Shown: positions 20,244-30,229 of the stretch, one piece after another
Layout: every line of letters starts with the position of its first letter
Position numbering within the stretch: the first letter of the stretch is position 1
DNA from: Alphaproteobacteria bacterium
GTDB lineage: Bacteria > Pseudomonadota > Alphaproteobacteria > CAAHEQ01 > UBA3637
DNA: 64,000 nucleotides
Assembly (NCBI GenBank): GCA_045635565.1
Contig: JAZTVX010000021.1
Location: 15,078-79,077 of the forward strand
Reading direction: 5' to 3'
The notes under the pieces: model-generated
The model's database searches: none
The model's input: the letters and a program-made list of their open reading frames with translations, nothing else
Told to the model about the DNA's origin: nothing
Translations under genes and position numbers: made by a program

Positions 20244-20328
20244 TTGTATTTTTCAACTATTAAAAAGCCTGCTTTTAGATGATTCTAAATGCGGGTTTTT
20301 TTATGTCAAAGAATAGAAAAAATTTGAT

Positions 20329-23049
20329 TTAATGTGCTTCTTTCCAATTATTGCCACATCGTACATCAGCAATTAACGGTACAGACAATTGAATGGCTTT
20401 TTCCATTTTATCTTTTATTAACGTCATGACAGGTTCAACATCTGATTGACATACTTCAAAAATCAATTCATCATGTACCTGTAAGAGCATTTTAGCATCA
20501 AAATGATTATTCGAAAGGGTTTGATGAATTTGATTCATAGCTATTTTTATAATATCTGCTGCTCCGCCTTGAATAGGTGCGTTGATGGCGGCCCGTATTG
20601 CAAAAGAACGTGTTTTTGGATGTTCTAAACCTGAAATGAAGCATTGTCGTCCCAGTGGTGTTAAAACATAGCCGTTCTTTTTGACGAATTCTTCTGTTTG
20701 AGCCATATAGGATTTAATTTCCGGATAATGTTCTAAATACGAATCAATATAACGTTGAGCATCTGAACGTGAAATTCCCAATTGATTGGATAATCCAAAG
20801 GCTGAAATACCGTAAATTAAACCAAAATTGATGGCTTTGGCTCGTCTGCGTGTATCACTATCAATTTCTGAAAGGGGAATTTTAAATATTTGTGAGGCTG
20901 TACGAGCATGAATATCTTCATTTTTTAAAAAAGATTCTTTGAGTTGATGTACATTTGCCACGTCAGCCATAATACGTAATTCAATTTGTGAATAGTCGGC
21001 ACAAATCAGTTTGTATCCTTTTCGAGCAATAAATGCCCGACGAATTTCTTTGCCGTGTTCTGTTCGAATGGGAATGTTTTGTAAATTTGGATCAACGGAT
21101 GAAAGACGACCGGTATTTGTAACAGTTTGTAAAAAGGTCGTATGTACTCGATTAGCCGAATCGGCTTGTTTTAGCAAGGCATCAACATATGTGGATTTTA
21201 ATTTGCCGAACATACGGTGTTTTAAAATTAAATCAGCAATTTCATGTCCTTCTTCTGCTAATTTTTCTAAAACTTGTACATTAGTTGAAAATGAACCTCC
21301 CGTGTTTTTTTTATTTGCCGTTAAGCCCATTTTTTCAAATAAAATCTTGGCAATTTGTGCTGGTGAGTTGATGTTAAATTCTTCTCCGGCAATTTGATGA
21401 ATTTGTTGAGAAAGACGGTTGATTTCATCTGAAAATATTATTTTTAACTGCAATAGTTGATTAGTATCAATTAAAATACCATTGACTTCCATATGAAACA
21501 AGACAGAAATGAGTGGTAATTCAATTGTTTGATAAATGAACGGATTATTTTTTAATGATGTGTCAAACTGTGTATAAAGTTCATGTATTATAAAGAGTTG
21601 TTGGGGCCAAAAACGGACTTCATCGCTTTGTTCGACAATTTCAGTGATGTTTGTTTTTACATATTGTTGAGCTAAATCGGATAATTCTGCAGATTTTTGT
21701 GAACCGTTTAAGACATAATTTTGTATTAAAACATCATCAAAATTTTGAATGGAACAGATATGTTGTTTAAACTGATATAACAAATGTAGTTGTTTTTTGA
21801 CATCATAAGATATTTTGTGAATGTTTGAATTTTCCAATATATCAATTAGATTATCGTAAATATCTTCAAAAGGAATGTCGGAAGTTTTATGAGATTCATT
21901 AAATGAAAATAAATCAGAAACAGTGTTTCTTTTTTCTACTGATACCGGAATGATATATGGAGAGCCATTTAAATATATCCCAACAGATGAAATTTGACTC
22001 TCATTATTTAGTGTATTCAATAAAAATGTCACATCTTTGCATTGAAGAATTTTTTGATATACATTTTTCCATTCATATAATGTTTTGACCACGATAGGTT
22101 TTAAAGCAACAGGTTTCGGATCATCGATAGACGAGGGGAAGATTGTTGAATTATCACAAAACAAGTCGGATTGTTTTGTCAGCCAAGAAGATATTTTATT
22201 CGTCAGACTTTTAAAATTATTTTGAGATAAAAAGTCAAATAAAATTTTTTCATTCGGTTTTGTTAGGACAAAATCGGATATATCGGTGTTAACCGGTACA
22301 TGATCATCAAGTTGAACCAATTTTTGTGAGATATAAATTTGTTCTTTGTTTTGAATTAAACCTAATCTGCGTTTTTCACTTTTTATATCGTTAATGTGTT
22401 CAAAAATGCCATCCAATGAATGAAACTCATTGATGAGTTGGGCCGCCGTTTTCGGGCCGATACCATTTGCCCCAGGCACATTGTCGATAGAATCCCCCAT
22501 GAGTGATTGAACATCTACAACCTTATTGGGCAACACTCCGAATTTGTTGATAACATCTTCTTCGGTAAGTGTTTTTTTCTTCATTGGGTCATATAATGAT
22601 ACACCATCACATATTAACTGCATTAAATCTTTATCAGCAGAAATAATCCGGACGAATTGCCCGGCTTTACGAGCCAAACGGGTATATGTTGCGATTAAAT
22701 CATCTGCCTCAAACCCTTCCATTTCAATTTGAGGAACATTCAAAACACGACACACTTCTCTGATTAACGGAAATTGAGGGATAAGTTCCGGTGGAGTTTC
22801 TTTTCGGTTTTGTTTGTATGCCGGATAGATATTATTTCTAAAATTATGACGGGCGGCATCAAATACGACAACCATATGAGAACACCGGCAATCGTTAATC
22901 AATTGGATTAACATATTCATAAATCCGTAAACAGCGTTAACAGGTGTCCCGTCTGAACGTGTCATCGGAGGCAGTGCATAAAAAGCACGAAAAATGTAAC
23001 CAGAGCCATCAACAAGACAAACTGTCTGATTTTCTTTCTGTTTTGTCAT
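20329..23049 (-). CDS. polA: DNA polymerase I
   Basis: 5'-3' exonuclease N-terminus VCLVDGSGYIFRAFYALPP. Polymerase motifs include RRxAKxxNFGxxYG and LLQVHDELIFE. 906 aa. Confidence 0.95.
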   Translation of the reverse strand: MTKQKENQTVCLVDGSGYIFRAFYALPPMTRSDGTPVNAVYGFMNMLIQLINDCRCSHMVVVFDAARHNFRNNIYPAYKQNRKETPPELIPQFPLIREVCRVLNVPQIEMEGFEADDLIATYTRLARKAGQFVRIISADKDLMQLICDGVSLYDPMKKKTLTEEDVINKFGVLPNKVVDVQSLMGDSIDNVPGANGIGPKTAAQLINEFHSLDGIFEHINDIKSEKRRLGLIQNKEQIYISQKLVQLDDHVPVNTDISDFVLTKPNEKILFDFLSQNNFKSLTNKISSWLTKQSDLFCDNSTIFPSSIDDPKPVALKPIVVKTLYEWKNVYQKILQCKDVTFLLNTLNNESQISSVGIYLNGSPYIIPVSVEKRNTVSDLFSFNESHKTSDIPFEDIYDNLIDILENSNIHKISYDVKKQLHLLYQFKQHICSIQNFDDVLIQNYVLNGSQKSAELSDLAQQYVKTNITEIVEQSDEVRFWPQQLFIIHELYTQFDTSLKNNPFIYQTIELPLISVLFHMEVNGILIDTNQLLQLKIIFSDEINRLSQQIHQIAGEEFNINSPAQIAKILFEKMGLTANKKNTGGSFSTNVQVLEKLAEEGHEIADLILKHRMFGKLKSTYVDALLKQADSANRVHTTFLQTVTNTGRLSSVDPNLQNIPIRTEHGKEIRRAFIARKGYKLICADYSQIELRIMADVANVHQLKESFLKNEDIHARTASQIFKIPLSEIDSDTRRRAKAINFGLIYGISAFGLSNQLGISRSDAQRYIDSYLEHYPEIKSYMAQTEEFVKKNGYVLTPLGRQCFISGLEHPKTRSFAIRAAINAPIQGGAADIIKIAMNQIHQTLSNNHFDAKMLLQVHDELIFEVCQSDVEPVMTLIKDKMEKAIQLSVPLIADVRCGNNWKEAH

Positions 23050-23582
23050 TATTTGCTCTTTTTGGGAGTTGTTTTTGTTGTACCTTTTTCAACAATGGGA
23101 GTTTTCGCAGACTGTTTTTTTGTGATGGCATCTTCTTCAATTATATCTTCGGATTCCTCTAAAGATACAACAGTTAAAGAGGCTCTGTCTTTTTTATTTT
23201 TAGCATTTTGTAATGTTAATTCTTTTAACGATGTATAGGCAACTTTACAATGTTCGGGACAATATGGCTTGCCGGTTTGACAATCTTTACCACAAAAATG
23301 GAAATCAGGATCTTTAATTTCACCAATCGGCCAACGACAGGAATTTAAACGTAAATCCAATAATGTAACGTGTTTAGGTTCTTCTTTGACAATAGCCACT
23401 TTTTCCACAGTTTTTTTTGTGGATTTTTTAATGGGAGAGGGACGAGCATCTAATTCCAAGCGATGTACTTTCCCGACGACGGCATTCTTGCTCATGCCTA
23501 ATTCACGACCGATTTCAACCGTGCTTTTCCCTTTTTGCCATAATTTTTTCAATTGCTTAATTTTTTCGGGTGTCCAAACCAT
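23049..23582 (-). CDS. gcrA: GcrA cell-cycle regulator homolog
   Basis: MVWTPEKIKQLKKLW..STVEIGRELGMSKNAVVGKVHRL plus C-terminal CRWPIG....FCG...PYCPEHCKVAY match the conserved N- and C-terminal GcrA blocks. Its stop overlaps the polA start by 1 nt. Confidence 0.8.
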   Translation of the reverse strand: MVWTPEKIKQLKKLWQKGKSTVEIGRELGMSKNAVVGKVHRLELDARPSPIKKSTKKTVEKVAIVKEEPKHVTLLDLRLNSCRWPIGEIKDPDFHFCGKDCQTGKPYCPEHCKVAYTSLKELTLQNAKNKKDRASLTVVSLEESEDIIEEDAITKKQSAKTPIVEKGTTKTTPKKSK

Positions 23583-23636
23583 AATTCTATCCTCTCAAAA
23601 ACGTCTGTTCAGAATAGTATATCCTTTTTTTTAGAT

Positions 23637-24737
23637 TTAGTCAATATATATAGGTAATCCGATGTATATAAAATCATGTTGGTGATAAATTTTTCTTAAT
23701 TCATCTGCATACGGAGCAACAAATATAGCATCGCCGGGAGTAGCCTCATACATCGAAAAATACATTTGTGTCGATGTTAAAGGCTTGTCTTTTTGAATGG
23801 GATTTTCTTTTCTTAATTGACTAAAGCCTATGGCTTCGATCAAAGACATACGGTTAACTCGAACAGAACGTAAAATAATGTCTGATTTGACGGCAAATTC
23901 TTGTGCGTTTTGCCAACCTTGCTTTTGAATAAACTGTTCAAAAGCATCTTTAAACTTTGTTTTTTGAATGCTTTGAACCCAATGTTCAAATGGATTAGCA
24001 ACGGCTTCAGGAACTTTATCAATAATGAAAGAACGTAATTCGGAAGGTAAATCAGGGTCTTTCATTGATTTTATGAAAGATGTTAAGGTATTTAATGTGG
24101 CTTGCGTGCGTTGAATGTCTGAAATGGTTAAAGAAGTTTTATTATAATTTTTTTCAATTTTGGCAGGCAATTGATGCGATTCTCTTAATGAACGAACGGC
24201 ATAATCGGCTATTTCAATGGCACTTCTTGCTTGTGTTTGAGGCGTATTTGTAAAAACCGATTGCAACATAAACGATTTTTCCGTTGGTTGAGGTGTTTCC
24301 CAATAATCCGGATCTAAAAAGTAATAAAAGACAGCTGGTAAATCATCAAGATGCTTTTTGGCAAATTCCTGCATGACAGGTGCAATAACAGTTGGTTTTT
24401 TACCCTTCCATACGATAATTTGAGGGTGTGATTTTATTTTATGCGAAATCAGTGTTTCTTCATGTATAAACGGGAAAAAGTATTGCCGTTTATCATAAGG
24501 AATTTTTAACAGATTTTGCAATAAATAGTCATCGTAAAAATATAGGTTTTTATTCTCATCAACGAAATTTTTTGTTTCTTGTAAAAGTGTAATTCCATCA
24601 TTTAATACACTGTTTTTATTTGAGTTGTTTTGAAGTATTGTGTTTTTACTGAAGTCTTGTGATAAAGCAAGAACAGGAACATTAAACATTAAAACAAACA
24701 ATATGAAATATGAAAAAGGGGAACTTTTTTTCATCAT
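23637..24737 (-). CDS. Hypothetical secreted protein. The likely start is MMKKSS at 24737. The ORF track extends it to 24827.
   Basis: Signal peptide after MMKKSSPFSYFILFVLMFNVPVLALS. The internal ATG overlaps the upstream stop by 1 nt, which suggests translational coupling. Confidence 0.4.
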   Translation of the reverse strand: MMKKSSPFSYFILFVLMFNVPVLALSQDFSKNTILQNNSNKNSVLNDGITLLQETKNFVDENKNLYFYDDYLLQNLLKIPYDKRQYFFPFIHEETLISHKIKSHPQIIVWKGKKPTVIAPVMQEFAKKHLDDLPAVFYYFLDPDYWETPQPTEKSFMLQSVFTNTPQTQARSAIEIADYAVRSLRESHQLPAKIEKNYNKTSLTISDIQRTQATLNTLTSFIKSMKDPDLPSELRSFIIDKVPEAVANPFEHWVQSIQKTKFKDAFEQFIQKQGWQNAQEFAVKSDIILRSVRVNRMSLIEAIGFSQLRKENPIQKDKPLTSTQMYFSMYEATPGDAIFVAPYADELRKIYHQHDFIYIGLPIYID

Positions 24738-26179
24738 TATCCTTTTCTGCCTTTCAAACGTGGATTGGTTATTTGAATTTGATATGTCAAAATTGTTTCT
24801 CCATTTGCCGGTATTGAAATAACCCATTTAACACGATCAGATGTTTCTTGTGTATGAGGGTAATTTTCCTGTGTTATTTTCCAGTTGTTCGAAAAGTTTT
24901 CAAAGATAATAACTTCTTTAAGATTGTCAGAACCGTTTTTAATCGTTATTTCATAAGTTGATATCGTTGTATCTATACCGATTTTTTCATGTGATGTACG
25001 TTTTGCATTGGCAAAAAGATCGAATGCTTCACCCATTCTCAAACGAACCTTGGCAAGATTAGGTGTATGAACAATTCTGTTTTCTCCTAGAAAGATACTT
25101 TTATCGTTACTAGATTTTTTATAAAGGCGAATAACACCTTTGGGTAAAGGTATGCCTAGGCCATTTTCTTTCGTATTAGAAAATTGATACACAATCGTTG
25201 GCTTGATATTTTCTGCCTCTGTTTGGTATGGACGTAGGGAATTGTCAAAAATATATTCTTTTTTCAGTGTGGCTTCTTTAATACTCATTAAGGAAACCTG
25301 TTTTGTTTGTTGGGATAAAATTGATGTTTTAAACGGTAATGAGTAAACATAAAAATCAGAAACTTCTTCAATTGTTCCAGCTAAACTATCCTCGGCTACT
25401 TCTGATTTAAAGCTATTAGCAGTATACGCCACCATGCGTGGGGAACGAATTGACTGACGAACGATGTTTATATCTCCGGCAACTAATTGAATAGATGCAT
25501 TATCAAAAGTTGTTCCTGATTGATTGGCAAGGGTAATGAAACCATTTAAATTCATTTTGTCTTCGGTATCATTGATTTCGGCAACATAGTTTGCCTGCCA
25601 TGACAAACCTCTTGTTAAATATGTTAAATCAATACTTTGATTTCCAGTTTTAACAGATTGTAAATTCATGGATAATGATGGTTTTGAAATTAATCCTTTT
25701 GGCATCGCTTTAAGCAAAACATTACCCGCAAAATGAGTGTAAATTTCTCCGTTTGCTTCTACAATCGGTTGTTCGTTAAAAGCAATTAAACGTCCTTCTT
25801 TTTGAATTGGTTCACCTGTTTGAGGGTGAATTGTTTGTAAAATCACATCTTGTCCGACGGATTTTTGTAATAAGGATTGCGAGGTAATTAAATCATAGTT
25901 AAAATTTTGTTCAATAACGGTTAATCCATTACCTTTTAACAAAGCACTTTCCGGAATAATTTGAGCCGAAATATTTTCATAAGAAATTTGATTGAAGCCT
26001 TCTTTTAAAGATGTTTCACGCACATCGTTTATCAATGCTACATTTTCATTATAAATCGTTATATTTAAGTCTTTTTGTTGTGATGTTGGAATGATATTTG
26101 TTGGTGAAGCCATAACCTGTGTACAATAAAATAATACTCCTAAACAGCATCCGATGCTTAATTTTTTATTTTTTTGCAT
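24737..26179 (-). CDS. Hypothetical secreted protein
   Basis: 480 aa with an N-terminal signal peptide. Its start overlaps the upstream stop by 1 nt. Confidence 0.4.
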   Translation of the reverse strand: MQKNKKLSIGCCLGVLFYCTQVMASPTNIIPTSQQKDLNITIYNENVALINDVRETSLKEGFNQISYENISAQIIPESALLKGNGLTVIEQNFNYDLITSQSLLQKSVGQDVILQTIHPQTGEPIQKEGRLIAFNEQPIVEANGEIYTHFAGNVLLKAMPKGLISKPSLSMNLQSVKTGNQSIDLTYLTRGLSWQANYVAEINDTEDKMNLNGFITLANQSGTTFDNASIQLVAGDINIVRQSIRSPRMVAYTANSFKSEVAEDSLAGTIEEVSDFYVYSLPFKTSILSQQTKQVSLMSIKEATLKKEYIFDNSLRPYQTEAENIKPTIVYQFSNTKENGLGIPLPKGVIRLYKKSSNDKSIFLGENRIVHTPNLAKVRLRMGEAFDLFANAKRTSHEKIGIDTTISTYEITIKNGSDNLKEVIIFENFSNNWKITQENYPHTQETSDRVKWVISIPANGETILTYQIQITNPRLKGRKG

Positions 26180-27804
26180 TAGTATTCCCCCTTTTGTTGT
26201 GTTTCTGCGATTAATTGTTTTGTTATATTGCGATTATTTTGTTGTGCTAGATCTAGCCATTTTGCATCCAAATCAATGGCTGCCATATATAAATAATGAC
26301 GCATGAACAGATTGAAAACAGCCTGTTCCGTTAAACCATAGAAAATATTTTGATTTAACATTGTTTTTTTATAATGTTGAATATATCTTTGGTGTTCATG
26401 TTGTCCGATAATGTAATAGAATAATGAGACAATGACAAACATCATACAACATAAGATGACTATTATTACCCATGAGGGGGTAATATCTTTCTTAAACGAC
26501 AGGTAAACGCCTCCACAGATAATAACAAGACCTGTCAGCCAATATTTTGCCGATATTTTGATGTAAATGATAACGTTAAGTAATGTGCGTCCCCATTTAC
26601 TTTGAGCATATCTAAATAAAAATTTCTGACGACAGGGAATGGGATTCAGTTGATAAAATGATACAAATTGTGGTAAAATGCGACCGTTGTATAAACAATT
26701 CAGTTCTAATGGATGTAGTGATTGAATAAATTGAACGGTTTTCTTGTTTCCTTTTGTGAAGAATAAATAAATTCCAGACAGAAATAAGTACACGACGATT
26801 GAAATAAGAACAAAAATAATCAGAAATGAGGAGGGATTTTGATTTAATAGTTTTTCCCATGAAAAATCACTTGTACTTTCATTTTGAAAAATATGGTTTA
26901 TTTTCACGGACGCCAATGCCGGTATCGGATTGTTAATGCGATAAATCGTATTACCTGCCGAATCAGTTTGTTCATTATAGGCGTTTTTGATAATGGCTTC
27001 ATTTCGACCAAAGTACAGACCGTTTGAAACAGGAATTACTTTGTTTGGGAAAGAAACGTAAACGGTTAAGCGATTGATGGGAAGGGGCCATTTATATCCT
27101 GTAACATCAAAATCAAGGTATCCCTTTTGTTTATCGAATAAAACAGCGTTTTTGATTAGATATTTTAGGTAAAAGGAATGATATCCTGCCGGTAAGTACT
27201 CTGTATTTTTGATTTCAATTTCATCATCTGCGACGGAAATAACCGGTGTGAAATTTTGACCGTCAATTCGGGCTTTTAACAATTGAAAATAATCATTTTT
27301 ATTGTTTTCCAATCGTTCGAACGATAAATTTCGCGTAAATAAACTATTTTGCGGATTAACTGTGTATATAAATTCTTCAACGCTGATGGTTGTTTCATCA
27401 ATCAGTCGAATGATGGAAATAAAATCACTGGTGTGTGGAACATACAAAACGGCACCTGCTTCACCAAACGGTGGTTGATAATTGATTTCGGGTGTGTTTT
27501 GTATCGGTGCTGCAAATTTCTGTGGTTGAGAATTAGCATTTCTGTTTTGGAAAAATTTATCATCTGTAATTTGCGTTGTTCCAAATAATCGTTTTTTCTC
27601 TTCATCCATCCAGCCTGACATTTTTTCCGGTTTAGGCATACCTACCGTTGGTTCTATTTTCACAAATGGTGTTCCCGTATAGATACCGGAACTGGGCTTG
27701 TTGCGATTGGATATGTCAAGCAAGTTTTCTGTGCTGACGGGTATTTTCGAAAATGCTGTATTAAAACAACAAAGGATTAAGAGAAAGAAAACTATTTTTT
27801 TCAT
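26179..27804 (-). CDS. Hypothetical membrane protein. A signal peptide and extracytoplasmic domain are followed by a C-terminal multi-TM region. The architecture is DUF2207-like.
   Basis: 541 aa. Its start overlaps the nth stop by 4 nt (ATGA). Confidence 0.4.
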   Translation of the reverse strand: MKKIVFFLLILCCFNTAFSKIPVSTENLLDISNRNKPSSGIYTGTPFVKIEPTVGMPKPEKMSGWMDEEKKRLFGTTQITDDKFFQNRNANSQPQKFAAPIQNTPEINYQPPFGEAGAVLYVPHTSDFISIIRLIDETTISVEEFIYTVNPQNSLFTRNLSFERLENNKNDYFQLLKARIDGQNFTPVISVADDEIEIKNTEYLPAGYHSFYLKYLIKNAVLFDKQKGYLDFDVTGYKWPLPINRLTVYVSFPNKVIPVSNGLYFGRNEAIIKNAYNEQTDSAGNTIYRINNPIPALASVKINHIFQNESTSDFSWEKLLNQNPSSFLIIFVLISIVVYLFLSGIYLFFTKGNKKTVQFIQSLHPLELNCLYNGRILPQFVSFYQLNPIPCRQKFLFRYAQSKWGRTLLNVIIYIKISAKYWLTGLVIICGGVYLSFKKDITPSWVIIVILCCMMFVIVSLFYYIIGQHEHQRYIQHYKKTMLNQNIFYGLTEQAVFNLFMRHYLYMAAIDLDAKWLDLAQQNNRNITKQLIAETQQKGEY

Positions 27805-28478
27805 TTAGTGTCTGCCTTATTCGAAGTGGATAATTCTTTCTTTTCATCTGACACACAAACCTGATAAAGGGGACATTGCTCACATAATGGTCGTCGGGCA
27901 GTACAAATATAACGTCCGTGCAACACCAAAGCCAACCCCACATCTGATTTATAATTTTCAGGAACCAACTGATTCAATTTCTTTTCAATTTCTTCCGGTG
28001 TTTTTCCCGTGCATATTTTTAAGCGGTGACATAAGCGAAAAACATGTGTATCCACCCCGATGGAAGGAGCATGGAAGGCGATGTTTAAAAAAACATTGGC
28101 TGTTTTACGTCCAACACCGGGCAATGTTATTAATGTATCGAAATCTGACGGAACAATCCCAGCATATTGATTAACAATAATATCAGCTAAACGTATGATG
28201 GATTTTGATTTGTTGTTAAAATAGTTGACTGTTTTTAAATACGTTTTTAAGTTTTCTTCGCCAAGATTTAAAATGGTTTGAGGTGTATCAGCCACTTGAA
28301 ACAAAACATCGGTTACCTTGTTGACGTTTTTATCTGTCGTTTGAGCCGATAAAATGATAGCTACAAGTAAAGAAAAATGATTTGTCCAGTTAAGTTCACA
28401 TCTGGGATTAGGATAAGCCTTTTCCAGTGTCTGAAAAAAGATATTTCTTTGTTTTTTTGCCATTAAACTCATGAACAA
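27801..28478 (-). CDS. nth: Endonuclease III
   Basis: HhH-GPD motif LPGVGRKTANVFL and the Fe-S cluster loop CTARRPLCEQCPLYQVC. Confidence 0.9.
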   Translation of the reverse strand: MFMSLMAKKQRNIFFQTLEKAYPNPRCELNWTNHFSLLVAIILSAQTTDKNVNKVTDVLFQVADTPQTILNLGEENLKTYLKTVNYFNNKSKSIIRLADIIVNQYAGIVPSDFDTLITLPGVGRKTANVFLNIAFHAPSIGVDTHVFRLCHRLKICTGKTPEEIEKKLNQLVPENYKSDVGLALVLHGRYICTARRPLCEQCPLYQVCVSDEKKELSTSNKADTK

Positions 28479-28482
28479 TCCT

Positions 28483-29436
28483 TTACTTATTGCGTTGTTT
28501 TATCATATAAGCCACTTCTTTTAAAATATTGCCTTCTTTTCCGAAGATGTCAACACATTGTGCGGCTTGTTGTGCGTGATAATGTGCCAGTTCCTGTACC
28601 CGTTCAATGCCGTACAATGTTATAAATGTTGTTTTGTGGGCATTTGCATCTTTGTGCAGTGTTTTTCCAACAATTTTATCATCTCCTAACGCATCAAGTA
28701 AATCATCCGTTATTTGAAATAATAAACCAATATGAGAAGCATATTTTTTTAAAGAAGATAATATTTCGTCAGAACAATGAGATAAAATACAAGGGGATAT
28801 ACACGCATATTCAAGTAATGCCCCCGTTTTTAATATTTGCATTTGGCGAATTTGATTTTCGGATAATGTTATTGTTTCGCCCAAAATATCAATCATTTGA
28901 CCGCCAATCATGCCTTGTGAACCAGCACATTTAGCCAGCATATGTACCAATTGACATTTTTTATCAGGTGATACAATCCAATCCGGATTGGTTAATAATT
29001 CAAAGGCTTTTGTTAATAAGGCATCTCCCGCCAAAATAGCCGTTGCTTCATCAAATTGAATATGTGTTGTCGGTTTGCCTCGTCGTAACACATCATTGTC
29101 CATAGCCGGTAAATCATCGTGAATCAAAGAATATGTATGTACCATTTCCAATGAGCAGGCAACTGTCCACAAATCTGTTTCGGAACATCCCAGTATATTA
29201 CCGATTGTCAGAACAAAAAACGGGCGTAAAGCTTTTCCCGTGCTGATAGAAGAATATTGCATGGCTTCGACAACACGTCGTGTCAAATCATTCGGTAAAG
29301 GCAAAACACTTTCAAGTTTGTCATTTAATACCCTGCGAATAACCGTAAAATCATTTGTTAAGTTGTTCATCAAAATCTTCCGTTCCGACTGGTGTATTGC
29401 CGTCAATAACCAACAAATCGATTTTTGATTTGGCAT
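28483..29436 (-). CDS. ispA: Farnesyl diphosphate synthase / polyprenyl synthetase
   Basis: First and second Asp-rich motifs LIHDDLPAMDND and ITDDLLD. Confidence 0.85.
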   Translation of the reverse strand: MPNQKSICWLLTAIHQSERKILMNNLTNDFTVIRRVLNDKLESVLPLPNDLTRRVVEAMQYSSISTGKALRPFFVLTIGNILGCSETDLWTVACSLEMVHTYSLIHDDLPAMDNDVLRRGKPTTHIQFDEATAILAGDALLTKAFELLTNPDWIVSPDKKCQLVHMLAKCAGSQGMIGGQMIDILGETITLSENQIRQMQILKTGALLEYACISPCILSHCSDEILSSLKKYASHIGLLFQITDDLLDALGDDKIVGKTLHKDANAHKTTFITLYGIERVQELAHYHAQQAAQCVDIFGKEGNILKEVAYMIKQRNK

Positions 29437-29599
29437 TTTTTAATTTTTCCGTGCACAAATTACGCATTTTGACACCTCGTTCGTATGCTTGTACGGCTTC
29501 CTCCAATTTAATACGACCACTTTCCAACAAGCGAACGACATTTTCCAATTCAATCATGGCTTCTTCAAAAGATAAATCTTCAATCGGTTTATTATTCAT
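29351..29599 (-). CDS. xseB: Exodeoxyribonuclease VII small subunit
   Basis: 82-aa helical protein, SFEEAMIELENVVRLLESG...LEEAVQAYERG, which is classic XseB. Confidence 0.8.
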   Translation of the reverse strand: MNNKPIEDLSFEEAMIELENVVRLLESGRIKLEEAVQAYERGVKMRNLCTEKLKNAKSKIDLLVIDGNTPVGTEDFDEQLNK

Positions 29600-29616
29600 A
29601 GGTTATTCCTTAATTT

Positions 29617-30048
29617 TTAATGACCGCAGGTGCATTTATGGGTGTGATGATGACATTCATCTTGTTCGCAATCATCTGTTTTTGTCGTATGACAACAGCA
29701 TTCATCTGACATGCAAGATGATTTTTTGGTTTTAGTTGAACATCTTTTGTTTTTTTGATGTTCTTCAAAGGCTTTACGGGATGCGTGCGAATCAATCAGT
29801 TCTTTTTCACGCAAAGCAATTTTGTTAATTAAATCCCAAACCGTTTCTCGTGTTGAAAAAGCATCTTGAATTGTATTGATATCTGTTTGTGTTTCTTCAA
29901 TCTGATTCAATAACTGCATCAATTCTTCCTGTAAATCGAATGCGTTATTTGAAATAATCTGCATTTCTTCCAATAGGATTTTCGGATTTTGTGAGGTTTC
30001 TAATAATTTATTCAGATGATTTATTTTTTTTTCAATTTCTGCTTTCAT
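29617..30048 (-). CDS. Hypothetical coiled-coil protein with a Cys/His-rich C-terminal tail
   Basis: 143 aa. It ends in CSTKTKKSSCMSDECCCHTTKTDDCEQDECHHHTHKCTCGH. It is the first gene of the minus-strand xseB-ispA-nth operon. Confidence 0.4.
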   Translation of the reverse strand: MKAEIEKKINHLNKLLETSQNPKILLEEMQIISNNAFDLQEELMQLLNQIEETQTDINTIQDAFSTRETVWDLINKIALREKELIDSHASRKAFEEHQKNKRCSTKTKKSSCMSDECCCHTTKTDDCEQDECHHHTHKCTCGH

Positions 30049-30130
30049 GTTGTTTCCCTTTCATTTTTAATTACTCTAAACAATCTCATTCCTAAATACA
30101 AGTTTTTTATTCTAAAAAAATCAAAAAAAT

Positions 30131-30159
30131 TTGACTTTGATAATAACGAACGTTAAAAT
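30131..30159 (+). promoter_or_regulatory. Sigma70-like promoter of the tolC-macA-macB operon
   Basis: TTGACT-17nt-TAAAAT. RBS GGAG before the ATG at 30230. Confidence 0.4.
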
Positions 30160-30229
30160 ACGTCCATTAAAATAAAAAATGAACAAAGAATGATAAAATG
30201 ACGTTTATTCAGTAGAGGAGTTTTGAAAT

